This document shows positions 18,323-27,339 of a stretch of 64,000 nt of DNA, in pieces (positions within the stretch are counted from its first letter, which is position 1; each line of letters starts with the position of its first letter). A model generated the notes under the pieces. That model was not told where the DNA came from, ran no database searches, and worked only from the letters and a program-made list of their open reading frames with translations. The stretch is taken from the IMG/VR virus record IMGVR_UViG_3300020153_000001, positions 1 through 64,000 of that record, one strand, 5' to 3'. Origin of the DNA: a virus. Made by a program: the position numbers and the translations under genes.

Positions 18323-19356
18323 AGCTTTAGTGCTCCTATGTTATTCCTATTCGACGATACCTCGTTGTCATTAAGATAAACAACATCTACAGTACTAACG
18401 TTGGCAAACAAACATAGGCCGCCTGTCCTAAACTGCCCCCACTTAACAGCAGGAATATCGTCTAGACGAAAGATGTGCGCCGTTTGTTGTGAGTGTAACG
18501 GATCCCAGCACGCATCGTCCGCCACTACGGCAATATAACCATCATTCGTCACAGCAGCAGACCTGGCTGGTACGATAATTGATCTGGAATCTTTAATGTT
18601 GTTTACCACAAAACACTCGGTTGGCGTGCGGTGTTCGATAATAATATAATCGCCGACGCATAAAACATTTCCTGCGTTGTTATAAAGAATATCATCAAAT
18701 ACCGTGTTTCCGTCCAAATCGAGAACAGTCAGCCGACTAGCCGTTTCGCTACCGGCACTTATGAGACGGTAATCGATAAGATATCGACCGTCCTGAGATA
18801 CAGTGTGATTATCCACGACATTGCAAAGCTTTCCAGCCCTAATGTCAAAGATCAGGACCGTTTTCTTGCGCAATTGATAGTAGGTCAACGCGGCCTTATC
18901 GTTGTATATTGCTGTAAGCTGAGCATTGTTAACGTTGCATCCGATGTTGGCGGCTATGCTGTCCGGAACTGGAATCTCCGCAATTTCGACCCAATCAAAA
19001 TTGATAACTGACACGCGGTCTTTATACAAGGCTGCGATGTAAGACTTTCCGATAGCCGCGTCTATGCATCTGAGCCCGATACTATCAAACGAGACATAAC
19101 GTGACACGCGTACTTGCGACGGCGACTTATTGACACAAATAATACGACCGTCGCGCGATACAAACAACTTATTTGATGTAATGTCGTCTTTCACCTTGTT
19201 TAACGACGGAATATAAACAATATAGTCGTCAGAAGAATAAGAATGACGATATTTATCGAATAACGTCGGTGTCTCAATGCGAAAAGCGTCGCCCAAGCTA
19301 GTAATGTTAGATCTATAATTGACTGGAATCGAAACGGTCTGGATCGCCGTGATCAT
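18319..19356 (-). CDS. Beta-propeller-like protein, family Y
   Basis: Repeated SxDG-type turns (VSRDG, VSQDG, TNDG); AAGGAG SD. Confidence 0.7.
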   Translation of the reverse strand: MITAIQTVSIPVNYRSNITSLGDAFRIETPTLFDKYRHSYSSDDYIVYIPSLNKVKDDITSNKLFVSRDGRIICVNKSPSQVRVSRYVSFDSIGLRCIDAAIGKSYIAALYKDRVSVINFDWVEIAEIPVPDSIAANIGCNVNNAQLTAIYNDKAALTYYQLRKKTVLIFDIRAGKLCNVVDNHTVSQDGRYLIDYRLISAGSETASRLTVLDLDGNTVFDDILYNNAGNVLCVGDYIIIEHRTPTECFVVNNIKDSRSIIVPARSAAVTNDGYIAVVADDACWDPLHSQQTAHIFRLDDIPAVKWGQFRTGGLCLFANVSTVDVVYLNDNEVSSNRNNIGALKL

Positions 19357-19410
19357 TAAAAGGCTCCTTCTAAAAATAGAACACTAAACCGACAAGTTAG
19401 GGCATAGCTA

Positions 19411-19440
19411 AAATAAAAAAGGGACGGCGAACCGTCCCAT
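19411..19440 (-). terminator. Intrinsic terminator ending the tail operon
   Basis: Minus strand GGGACGG-TTCG-CCGTCCC followed by TTTTTTATTT. Confidence 0.8.
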
Positions 19441-19451
19441 ATTTAAATGCC

Positions 19452-19483
19452 GCTAATTTTTGACTCCGGAGTCAAAAATTAGC
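19452..19483. repeat. Palindrome copy 6, extended to a 32-bp perfect palindrome
   Basis: GCTAATTTTTGACTCCGGAGTCAAAAATTAGC; core 19458-19477; overlaps the TAA of 19479-19889. Confidence 0.95.
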
Positions 19484-19889
19484 CGTTATCGGCGTATTTG
19501 CCCATAATATTTATAATCCTGTCAAAGTCCGGCAATACTTTGCCGCCAGACTGCTGGAATTTGACGCGCTCTTCTCGTATAGCAGCCGATAATTCAGGCC
19601 ATTGTAAGCTTTCTTCCTCTGCTTCGTGCAGATGGCCTATTATTCTAACCCTATACGGATACCCCTGTTGAAGCTCGGTAGATAGCACTATAGCAGCGCC
19701 TATGTGCTTCTCGACACATTGAATACAGCTTTTGCGATTATTTCCCATATCCATAGGCCTGACGACCTCCTCTGGTTTTACTCTGTCTTTTAGTGGACCA
19801 GCAGGCCGAGCGTTATTTGTACTACCATCAGCCGCGACAGTAGCGACGCTGGTCCTTTCAATCTTCTTTTTTCCGCAACCGCAACCCAT
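19479..19889 (-). CDS. Hypothetical protein (MGCGCG N-terminus, CxxC, HxHE)
   Basis: 136-aa ORF at the end of the tail module. Confidence 0.75.
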   Translation of the reverse strand: MGCGCGKKKIERTSVATVAADGSTNNARPAGPLKDRVKPEEVVRPMDMGNNRKSCIQCVEKHIGAAIVLSTELQQGYPYRVRIIGHLHEAEEESLQWPELSAAIREERVKFQQSGGKVLPDFDRIINIMGKYADNG

Positions 19890-19891
19890 TT

Positions 19892-21394
19892 TTAGTTTAT
19901 TATCGATGTCCCATTAAAGTATGTCCCATATAGCGGACTATAGGCAGGACAAAGATCATTATCTAAAGAGTTCCTGCAGTGTGTCAGCGAATACGCTATC
20001 TGAGCCTGACAGTTTTCGGAGTCTACAGATATTTTAACGCTATCAACACAACCATACCAGCTATACGTGCCGAACTGAGGACCGGAGAACGATATGATAC
20101 TGCCCGGGGACGCTACAAGAACGGCTGGCGTGGGGGCGCACACAACTATTGCTTCTCTCGTCTCCAACAGTTCGCGCATCATCATCGATCCAGCAACGTA
20201 GTTAGCAAGTAACATCGGATCAACGCCCTTATTGGCAGAAATAGGCGGCGCACCGCGGAGATCGTCTATGCTTAATATCTTGCCTGTATAAGTAACTGGC
20301 GGCGCTAGCGTTAATATATAGTCCAATATCGGCGGAGCGCGACGTAGCGTTACTGTACCAACAACGCCAGTGTTAATAGCTGCCAATATAGGTGTAGCAG
20401 AGAGGTCGCCCGGTCCTAGACCATAAATGCTCTGCACTTGGCCGTATATACCATAAAGCATTATAGGTTTCTGTAACGTTCTAGCACCAACAGACGCAAT
20501 CTGATTGCTTCTCGATATAACCAGAGCAGGATAAGGACACGTTGGAGTTGATGGTACTATAAAGGCCGAGTTGACACAAGGAATAATGTCCAACATAAAG
20601 TACGGACAAAAAGCCTCTACTAGACGGCGCCACAGCGTCGTTCCCCAGATTTCTTCGGGATTCTTCGGCAAATCTAACAGCAACGACGCAATTACATTAG
20701 GAAGTTCTGGTATTGCTGCCCCGATAAGCCCAAGTGGAAGACCACTAGAATAAATCCTTCTTAGAGCATCAGATACATCAGGTATAGGCGGCAGTGTCGG
20801 CAGACCGATATCCGCAAGAAAGTTGGTATTTAGTACTGTTAGTAAAAACGGTTTAACCCTGTCTTCCCACAGATCACCCCCACCCCCAAACAGATGGGTC
20901 ATTGCGCTAAAAAGATGCCCGCCTAGAGGTAGGCCGCCGGCGGGTAGGGCGAAGTTAGCCGGATGACCTGTCAAACATACTGGATTTGATGGTGCGCTAT
21001 ATGCCGAATGCGGCGCGGAGTAGTTCAGCCAGTCTAGCCAATGATTGACATACACCTCATATTGCAAACTGCCGCCAGTTTCCGTCTTGGTCAGATTGAC
21101 AACGGGACCGGAAATTAACGTAGTTCCGTTTAACGTTACGGTCGCGATAAGTACTGTGTTTAGACCGGGAACTACGTAGTGAATTCCGCTCAGATCCTGC
21201 ACTCTTCCAGCGCAATGCCTCGATAAGAACCTTTCAAATTCGTACCCACCAGCAACAAGAAGCGCTGCATTAGGTATTTGGTTCTTCGCGTACGTGCAGT
21301 CAATTTTCACTACGGGTACTATTGCAGACGTTAGTGTCCGTCTACTAAATATCGTGCAGTAGGCGCGAAATTCCGTAAACCGCAGTTCTGCCAT
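19892..21394 (-). CDS. Putative baseplate hub (gp27/gpD-like) protein
   Basis: Start MAELRF (21394). Position plus C-terminal PGSIISF..YGCVDSVKISVD..IAYSL pattern; inference. Confidence 0.5.
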   Translation of the reverse strand: MAELRFTEFRAYCTIFSRRTLTSAIVPVVKIDCTYAKNQIPNAALLVAGGYEFERFLSRHCAGRVQDLSGIHYVVPGLNTVLIATVTLNGTTLISGPVVNLTKTETGGSLQYEVYVNHWLDWLNYSAPHSAYSAPSNPVCLTGHPANFALPAGGLPLGGHLFSAMTHLFGGGGDLWEDRVKPFLLTVLNTNFLADIGLPTLPPIPDVSDALRRIYSSGLPLGLIGAAIPELPNVIASLLLDLPKNPEEIWGTTLWRRLVEAFCPYFMLDIIPCVNSAFIVPSTPTCPYPALVISRSNQIASVGARTLQKPIMLYGIYGQVQSIYGLGPGDLSATPILAAINTGVVGTVTLRRAPPILDYILTLAPPVTYTGKILSIDDLRGAPPISANKGVDPMLLANYVAGSMMMRELLETREAIVVCAPTPAVLVASPGSIISFSGPQFGTYSWYGCVDSVKISVDSENCQAQIAYSLTHCRNSLDNDLCPAYSPLYGTYFNGTSIIN

Positions 21395-21399
21395 ATCTG

Positions 21400-21807
21400 C
21401 TAGCCATAGACGCCAACAAGCCGTAGTCCAAACGACGACACGGGCCCGCCAATATAGCTTTCGACAACCTCTACACACTTTCCATGAAATCCGCCAACGT
21501 ATATTCTGCAACTACCGAGCATACGAAGTATAGAGCCGGCGGGTATCAGCGGGTTCGGGTTAGATTCCGTCGGGCATTGTCCGTACAAAACGCCTTGGAT
21601 ATCCACTACACACGCTCTTTCTACAAACCCAGCATAATATATCGCATTGCCGAGAGAGTGCAATACCTGATAGCCTGCCTTTCTATTGACTGTAACCCTG
21701 TTGACAGCGCCGCCCGAGACAGATAGCCCTATCGTAAGGGACAACGGTACAGCGTTGTCCACAAACGCTACGGCGCGATTCTTTACAGGAAGTATGGCTA
21801 CCGACAT
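21400..21807 (-). CDS. Putative tail-tube-like/tube initiator protein
   Basis: 135-aa all-beta protein (YQVLHSLGNAIYYAGFVERACVVDIQG) within the tail module. Confidence 0.45.
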   Translation of the reverse strand: MSVAILPVKNRAVAFVDNAVPLSLTIGLSVSGGAVNRVTVNRKAGYQVLHSLGNAIYYAGFVERACVVDIQGVLYGQCPTESNPNPLIPAGSILRMLGSCRIYVGGFHGKCVEVVESYIGGPVSSFGLRLVGVYG

Positions 21808-21809
21808 AG

Positions 21810-22145
21810 CTATGGATGCAGATCAACGTTATCCCATGATGATGTCGGCGATAGAGGCGGAAGTATAGACATCGGGGCCGATTGAGGAATAAAAGAATCA
21901 GCACTAATAGGCACAAACGCCGGACTCTGTGGAACAACAGTGCTTGGATTAAACAACGACAAAGCCGGTGATTGTGATAGCTGACTGACAAGTCTGTTTA
22001 CGGTATCAAACATAGATGATATATCTTCCCTCGAACGATCAAATAGCGATGCTGCATCAAAACTATACGGCATACTAGGTCTAAACCCTGGCGGAGACAG
22101 GCCGGTAACTACACTAGCTGCTCTTATGTAATATGGGTTCATCAT
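21810..22145 (-). CDS. Pro/Ser-rich hypothetical protein
   Basis: Start MMNPYY (22145); occupies the slot downstream of the chaperone. Confidence 0.5.
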   Translation of the reverse strand: MMNPYYIRAASVVTGLSPPGFRPSMPYSFDAASLFDRSREDISSMFDTVNRLVSQLSQSPALSLFNPSTVVPQSPAFVPISADSFIPQSAPMSILPPLSPTSSWDNVDLHP

Positions 22146-22832
22146 TGGTGCTTTTCCTGTTAGCAAGGATAATGGCCGAAATATTGCTAAAATCGTACAA
22201 AAACGCAAACGCGTCCGCAGCAAACGTACTCTTCCCTTTGTCTAAGGCAGCCAAAATGCTCAATATAGTTGCCGTGGTAACAGCACGCTCGACTTCGCTA
22301 ATACTATAATACGCAATCCTAACACCGACTGGCATTCTATCCATCGCAGCAAGAACTACTGCTCTTGCTGCGATGTTTTTACGAAAAAATCCGGATCAGA
22401 TGCCCTATCTATTAGCTTATTTATTCTAGTCTTGAAATCGTCGTAGACACGCTCAATAGCCTCGTATACGCTTACCGTCGTGACAACGTTTTCTCTAAAC
22501 CACTTGACAAGCTGAACAACCACGTCTTGTGTTGTTCTGGAAAGTTCAGATATAGGCCGAAACGTGTGGGACTTGCTTTGCAAGTTGTTGTTGAACTGAG
22601 AAATTGAGGCAAATATTTCAGCCTGCTTTTTATCAATACCGCGCGAGTATTCCGCATCCTGGATGATTTGCTTGTCTTGTAGCGACAGTTCTCGAAAAAC
22701 TATCTCTATGTTGCCGAATAGTACGTACTTTGCCTCAAACGGCTTACCGGTTGCTAAACACTTTAAGTACTCTACAACATCAAGATCTTGGCTTGCGGAC
22801 TGTTGAAGCCGCTGAAGATCGCTTTCTGACAT
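22114..22832 (-). CDS. Tail assembly chaperone GT (-1 frameshift product)
   Basis: The -1 frame after the slippery site reads RKNIAARAVVLAA, in frame into ORF 22114-22344. Confidence 0.7.
22342..22389 (-). promoter_or_regulatory. -1 programmed ribosomal frameshift signal
   Basis: T TTT TTC heptamer (22383-22389), 7-nt spacer, 13-bp perfect stem CATCGCAGCAAGA/TCTTGCTGCGATG with an 8-nt loop. Confidence 0.8.
22356..22832 (-). CDS. Tail assembly chaperone G
   Basis: 158 aa with IVFRELS motif, ending DPDFF at the slippery site; in the tail module. Confidence 0.7.
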   Translation of the reverse strand: MSESDLQRLQQSASQDLDVVEYLKCLATGKPFEAKYVLFGNIEIVFRELSLQDKQIIQDAEYSRGIDKKQAEIFASISQFNNNLQSKSHTFRPISELSRTTQDVVVQLVKWFRENVVTTVSVYEAIERVYDDFKTRINKLIDRASDPDFFVKTSQQEQ

Positions 22833-22850
22833 GGTCTACTCCTCCCCTTC

Positions 22851-25436
22851 TTACCCTTCCTCTCCTTCCTCCTCGCACTCAACACCACGCCCACATTTTT
22901 TAATACCATATATATTAAGTCCCTTATTACTTTTAATGTTTATCGTAATGTCAGATGCGCGCTCGATTTTGGGTGGCGGGTCCTTGGCCGTATTATCGTC
23001 TTCTAGTATGGTCTCATTTTGATCGTATTCTTTGGGCTTGGCTTTTCCGGTGGGATCATAGCCGGGATACGATCCCGATATTCTCGGGTGAAGCGTGTTT
23101 ATACGCATATTGGATTTTCTGATAGCAGCGGCACGCTCTTCGTCGTCTTCCGCCAACCTATACCATCGTGGCTTTATAAGCTCGATGCACTTTGTACACA
23201 TTTGATTCACGGATCTGAATGTGAAGCAAAAACTATATGTCTTTATGTCGTCATATGCGTTTGGATGAATTGCAGAAATATGGTTTTTAACTGAGATTAA
23301 CGACTTATTATATCTACCGACATCAAATCCAGACTCGTCGACCGTTTTACATTTTACGCTATCTACTATGTACAACACCGGCGCCATGAAGTGGTCTTTT
23401 GCGGCGAAGTATATCGTAGACGGGTTACCGTATGCAGGATATCTGAATATAACAGCACAGTCGACGTGATGGTTTACGGTGTCGCCAACGAGAACCACAC
23501 GACCATTAGGACGTCCTGGATTTTTGCCGCAAGCTTCAACACGCACCTCGCCGCCACTAACAGTGCCGTGCGCCACCATATGGATGTTACTCGCATAGGC
23601 AGCTATTACATGTCTCGGGCACAGCAGCCTAATACCACCTATAGTCACACCCTCTCCAACAGCGTCGGGATCTCCGCTGAAAAACCATCTCGGGTTATCG
23701 GATGTGCTTCTGCTCTCAATAAGTACTCCGTGTGCACCGCCTGCCAACGCACCAGCTAAATGCAGGTTGTGTCGTGCAGCAACACGAACGTCTTTCTTTG
23801 CCGCAACATCAATACTATTATCGGCAGTTACGATAAAATCGCTACCAGGAAAAATCCCGACTTCTCTGCCAGACCTTATAAAGACACCACCCGGGGCATC
23901 GATAAAGACCTTACCGCCGGCCATTGCTATTTCGCTACCGTATCCGTCGCCTATAGTAATCCCGCCGTCCGGTAGCATGGCTATATAAGAAACACTATTG
24001 AACACAGTACCGTCGGATAAACCGAGCACGTCTACAAACGCTTTTTCGGGAGGCGGCATAAACTTACCAGATTCTAGTTCCTCAAATCCATTCATACTCA
24101 TCACGCGCCTCCACCCTTGCCGCTTAAACGTGTTTTCAAAGAAATCAGACTCGCTAGCGCATACAAAATCGCCGCCATGAATAAAGTTTTGTGAACCAAA
24201 CCACACAAAAGAATGCAACAAAACATCCCACGTGGTTAGTGCATAAGAAACGGACTTAACTGTTTTTGTATCATTATCAATCGGAAACGGGCGATAAGCA
24301 TCGTTTAAGCTTAGTCCGGTACCGTTAATCCTTACTGCCCTGCGCGGTGCCGATATGATGGGCGTCTTTAGCCAACCAAAACCAGCGGCCGATCTAGCGC
24401 AGTAGAGGCCATCGACGCCTAAAAACTCATCAAACAGACCAGTATAGCCGATCTCTGGAGGCGGCGGAGACGACGACGAGGAGGAGGAAGAGTCGCCTTC
24501 CTCGTTTTCTTCGTCTTTCATTACATGGAGCTGCCCATACTTATCTACTGGGGGAGAGACTAAGAACGAACGCTTGAAGAATCCTAATGCGCCGCTATAC
24601 TGCTGAAGCCGATGGAACGGGAACTGGCCAAAGTCTACACAGTCAATAGGCGCTTCCCAGGTCTTGCTAGTATCCGATTTTTGCTCGCTTATTTCCGTAG
24701 AACCGTCACCATAATACGCGCCAGCTTGCTCGTCTGCGGTAAGATTAACTCCTTCATACAGACAAGTCAGACCAGACGCTGCCCAACCGCTTCGTTCGTG
24801 TGCCGCCGACCATTCTTGATACGTCTTACCACTAATACGAACGAGACGATCCATTGCGAATACAAACAGACCCGTCGCCTCGTCGTATCTTATCTGGGCA
24901 AGGAACGGGTCGATGGTAATGGCCATCCCCGAGGCGGCGCTGAATCCTTGCTCAAGCCCCGATGCGTCGGCGAACATTCTGCCGGATAGATCCGGATATC
25001 TGAGCGCCGTAGCAACCGGATACCAAAGGGAATTGTAGAAGTCGAATCCTATAATAGATACCTTGTCCGGCAGCGGCAGTTGGCCTACTTTTCCAAGCGG
25101 TATCGAGCCCAATATGAACCCGTAGGGAAACGCCGAATGACAAAGTACGGCAACGAAATCACCTGGGGTATAAGTCGGGGTAGATACAACTCCTACCTGG
25201 CCTGGTCCTCCCCATCTCAACGGTGTAGCAAGTATAGGCGGTCCTTCGCCCGTAATGACCTTATATACTTGCAAATACGGGGACATGCTGACAACGCGGC
25301 CTATCCGTATAGAACTACGACCGCCGGCTGCTGTCGTAAGAATATGCGTCGGAATCAGCCGCGGCCCGCCGGCATATGTGTCAGTCTGCACAGATGGGGA
25401 TAGCGGCGGCAATTTTATCAGATTGTAATCTTGCAT
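22851..25436 (-). CDS. Baseplate spike/VgrG-gp5-like protein
   Basis: N-terminal OB-like region (GRVVS..PTYTPGDFVAV..GFILGSIP) and later beta-helix repeats (GITIGDGYGSEIAM..VFIDAPGGVFIRSG..IDVAAKKDVRVAA). Confidence 0.65.
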   Translation of the reverse strand: MQDYNLIKLPPLSPSVQTDTYAGGPRLIPTHILTTAAGGRSSIRIGRVVSMSPYLQVYKVITGEGPPILATPLRWGGPGQVGVVSTPTYTPGDFVAVLCHSAFPYGFILGSIPLGKVGQLPLPDKVSIIGFDFYNSLWYPVATALRYPDLSGRMFADASGLEQGFSAASGMAITIDPFLAQIRYDEATGLFVFAMDRLVRISGKTYQEWSAAHERSGWAASGLTCLYEGVNLTADEQAGAYYGDGSTEISEQKSDTSKTWEAPIDCVDFGQFPFHRLQQYSGALGFFKRSFLVSPPVDKYGQLHVMKDEENEEGDSSSSSSSSPPPPEIGYTGLFDEFLGVDGLYCARSAAGFGWLKTPIISAPRRAVRINGTGLSLNDAYRPFPIDNDTKTVKSVSYALTTWDVLLHSFVWFGSQNFIHGGDFVCASESDFFENTFKRQGWRRVMSMNGFEELESGKFMPPPEKAFVDVLGLSDGTVFNSVSYIAMLPDGGITIGDGYGSEIAMAGGKVFIDAPGGVFIRSGREVGIFPGSDFIVTADNSIDVAAKKDVRVAARHNLHLAGALAGGAHGVLIESRSTSDNPRWFFSGDPDAVGEGVTIGGIRLLCPRHVIAAYASNIHMVAHGTVSGGEVRVEACGKNPGRPNGRVVLVGDTVNHHVDCAVIFRYPAYGNPSTIYFAAKDHFMAPVLYIVDSVKCKTVDESGFDVGRYNKSLISVKNHISAIHPNAYDDIKTYSFCFTFRSVNQMCTKCIELIKPRWYRLAEDDEERAAAIRKSNMRINTLHPRISGSYPGYDPTGKAKPKEYDQNETILEDDNTAKDPPPKIERASDITINIKSNKGLNIYGIKKCGRGVECEEEGEEG

Positions 25437-25444
25437 AACACAGC

Positions 25445-25939
25445 CTATGAGCCAGAAGACGATGAAGACTCGACAACTTCTATTTCCATGTTGTAGCAGC
25501 TTATAGCGATGCTGGTCATAGGAGCAGGGGTATTAACAGAAATTGCGCCCCCTATACTTTTCATAATAGCAGTCGAAAATTTTATCTTTATATAAGACGG
25601 GTCGTTAGGACAGGCCGTCTGGGACCTTATTTCTATGCTTCCGCCTGCCGAACAAGCCGTAGAAAATGCCTGTATAAAACTTATAATATCGTTTGTACCA
25701 CCAACCATCCCTGACAAGTTGATCTCTCCCATAGGGATACCGCGAATTAGAATCATATCTTTCGATACGAGGTCAAATATGGGAGAGACCTGCGTAGAAA
25801 AACCGTACTGCACCTGTAGTACGGCCATGGGCTCCGCAATCGCCTGGCCTTCGTCGTCCTTTACCGTGATCGTAACGCCGCCTATCGTGTATACTGCGGC
25901 CAATGTTGGATTTGCGTCGAAGACATTTAATCTGGGCAT
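25445..25939 (-). CDS. Putative tail tube(-like) protein
   Basis: 164-aa beta-rich protein following the completion protein. Confidence 0.5.
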   Translation of the reverse strand: MPRLNVFDANPTLAAVYTIGGVTITVKDDEGQAIAEPMAVLQVQYGFSTQVSPIFDLVSKDMILIRGIPMGEINLSGMVGGTNDIISFIQAFSTACSAGGSIEIRSQTACPNDPSYIKIKFSTAIMKSIGGAISVNTPAPMTSIAISCYNMEIEVVESSSSSGS

Positions 25940-25957
25940 TTTCAGCTCCTAATGCCT

Positions 25958-26542
25958 TCAGGTATGTTTTAATATGTCAAATGATTTCTGGAATATGTAG
26001 GTTATAACGACGGGCGTCTCCCATAGCTCGGCAACATGCTGCGACTGCGTTGTAGCGCCGAGCCTACTCACAATGAGCTTTTCTACGCCTATCATTGTCT
26101 CAACAGGACGACGTTTCGATATGAACAAGTTAGCGACCTCAAACGCTAGTTCCGCGGACTCAATAGGCACAGCAGATACACAGTTAAACAAATGCGACCC
26201 CTGCCACAACGACGGTACAACGGCAGCAATATTGCTTATATTAGTATAACCACGCATTAGTTTGTTAAATATCGGAGACCAGTCTGTCCTAGTAATAATA
26301 ACAGCTGGGCCGCTGTCGGCTGACTCCGGTGTCCATACGTAATATGGCTCAATTCGGATAGAGTTATTCTTATAGTCATCGACACACAGTTTATTTCTAA
26401 GGTATGGTGAAACTATAGCGGTTGACTCAGAAAAATGCTCGGAAATTACCCGCCTGAAAACTCTGTCAAAATACAACGGCGAAGGACCTAATGTGCAAAC
26501 TTCTTCGTCGGGTGCTAGGTCAAACGGATGGTCTGACATCAA
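25958..26542 (-). CDS. Putative tail terminator/completion protein
   Basis: Size, position and the PAVIITR..FNCVS..ESAELAFEV pattern. Confidence 0.5.
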   Translation of the reverse strand: MMSDHPFDLAPDEEVCTLGPSPLYFDRVFRRVISEHFSESTAIVSPYLRNKLCVDDYKNNSIRIEPYYVWTPESADSGPAVIITRTDWSPIFNKLMRGYTNISNIAAVVPSLWQGSHLFNCVSAVPIESAELAFEVANLFISKRRPVETMIGVEKLIVSRLGATTQSQHVAELWETPVVITYIFQKSFDILKHT

Positions 26543-27339
26543 TTAACCTCTATTGCGTATATAGGGCTATCTGGAGGTATGAGGCCCATTGTTGCTTGTA
26601 TTATAAGCGGAATTCCGTTTAGCTCCGCAGCAATGTTGGCTTCTCTTATTATATAACGCAATCGAGATACACTATCAACCCAAACGTCCCTAGGATAGAC
26701 AAGCGGCAGACCTACAAATAGCCCTTGCTTGGCTACATTCACCGTAGTCCCCAGTTTCATGTCTATCCTGGCAGCGCTTTGTTGCGCGCTTATGAGAATA
26801 ACAGGGGAATCCGCGGGTTTCCAAAATCCGCCAATAACACCAGTACCATAACATATTCGACACTTGCTATCGGTAGCAGCCTTAATCTGGCTAGAGCAGG
26901 TACACGGACTCCCAACGGCCTTGCGGTGCAGTAACCATCCCCTCAGTCTCGGCATGGACGGTCGTTCCAATCGCAAGAGCCGATACAACTTCTTAGCTAT
27001 ATATCTCTGACGCCACGTCAGTTCGCCTAATGATGAAACTGCGCCCGAGGTATAAGCACCTTGCGGCGTCGTCAGTATTACCCTAAACAGAGGTGTAACG
27101 TTCGGTATATAATGTCGACCTTGTTCTATACGCACGAAGTTGGCATCTTGGACAGGATCTCCGATATTTTCCCATGCGTCATCCTGTCCGTTAAGGTTAT
27201 TTATCTGAACCTGGAACGTCCACGGGGTCGGATCCGAAAACGGTCCTTCCAAGTCCCAGGATATACGGTAATATCCTGTGTCTGTTTCACATATGACCCA
27301 CTTAAACGGTGGTGTGTTGGGTGGTAGATTCGGCCACAT
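26539..27339 (-). CDS. Putative head-closure/neck protein with Zn finger
   Basis: CTC..CRICYGTG..GGF motif, as in neck proteins of large myoviruses; beta-sandwich N-terminus. Confidence 0.6.
   Translation of the reverse strand: MWPNLPPNTPPFKWVICETDTGYYRISWDLEGPFSDPTPWTFQVQINNLNGQDDAWENIGDPVQDANFVRIEQGRHYIPNVTPLFRVILTTPQGAYTSGAVSSLGELTWRQRYIAKKLYRLLRLERPSMPRLRGWLLHRKAVGSPCTCSSQIKAATDSKCRICYGTGVIGGFWKPADSPVILISAQQSAARIDMKLGTTVNVAKQGLFVGLPLVYPRDVWVDSVSRLRYIIREANIAAELNGIPLIIQATMGLIPPDSPIYAIEVN

Noticed and set aside
19452-19483. Palindrome as an intrinsic terminator
   Set aside because: No U-tract follows the stem on either strand (A-tract instead), and real terminators occur beside it.
19860-19889. 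MGCGCG as a myristoylation/palmitoylation signal
   Set aside because: Bacterial context lacks N-myristoyltransferase; a metal-binding Cys cluster is more parsimonious.
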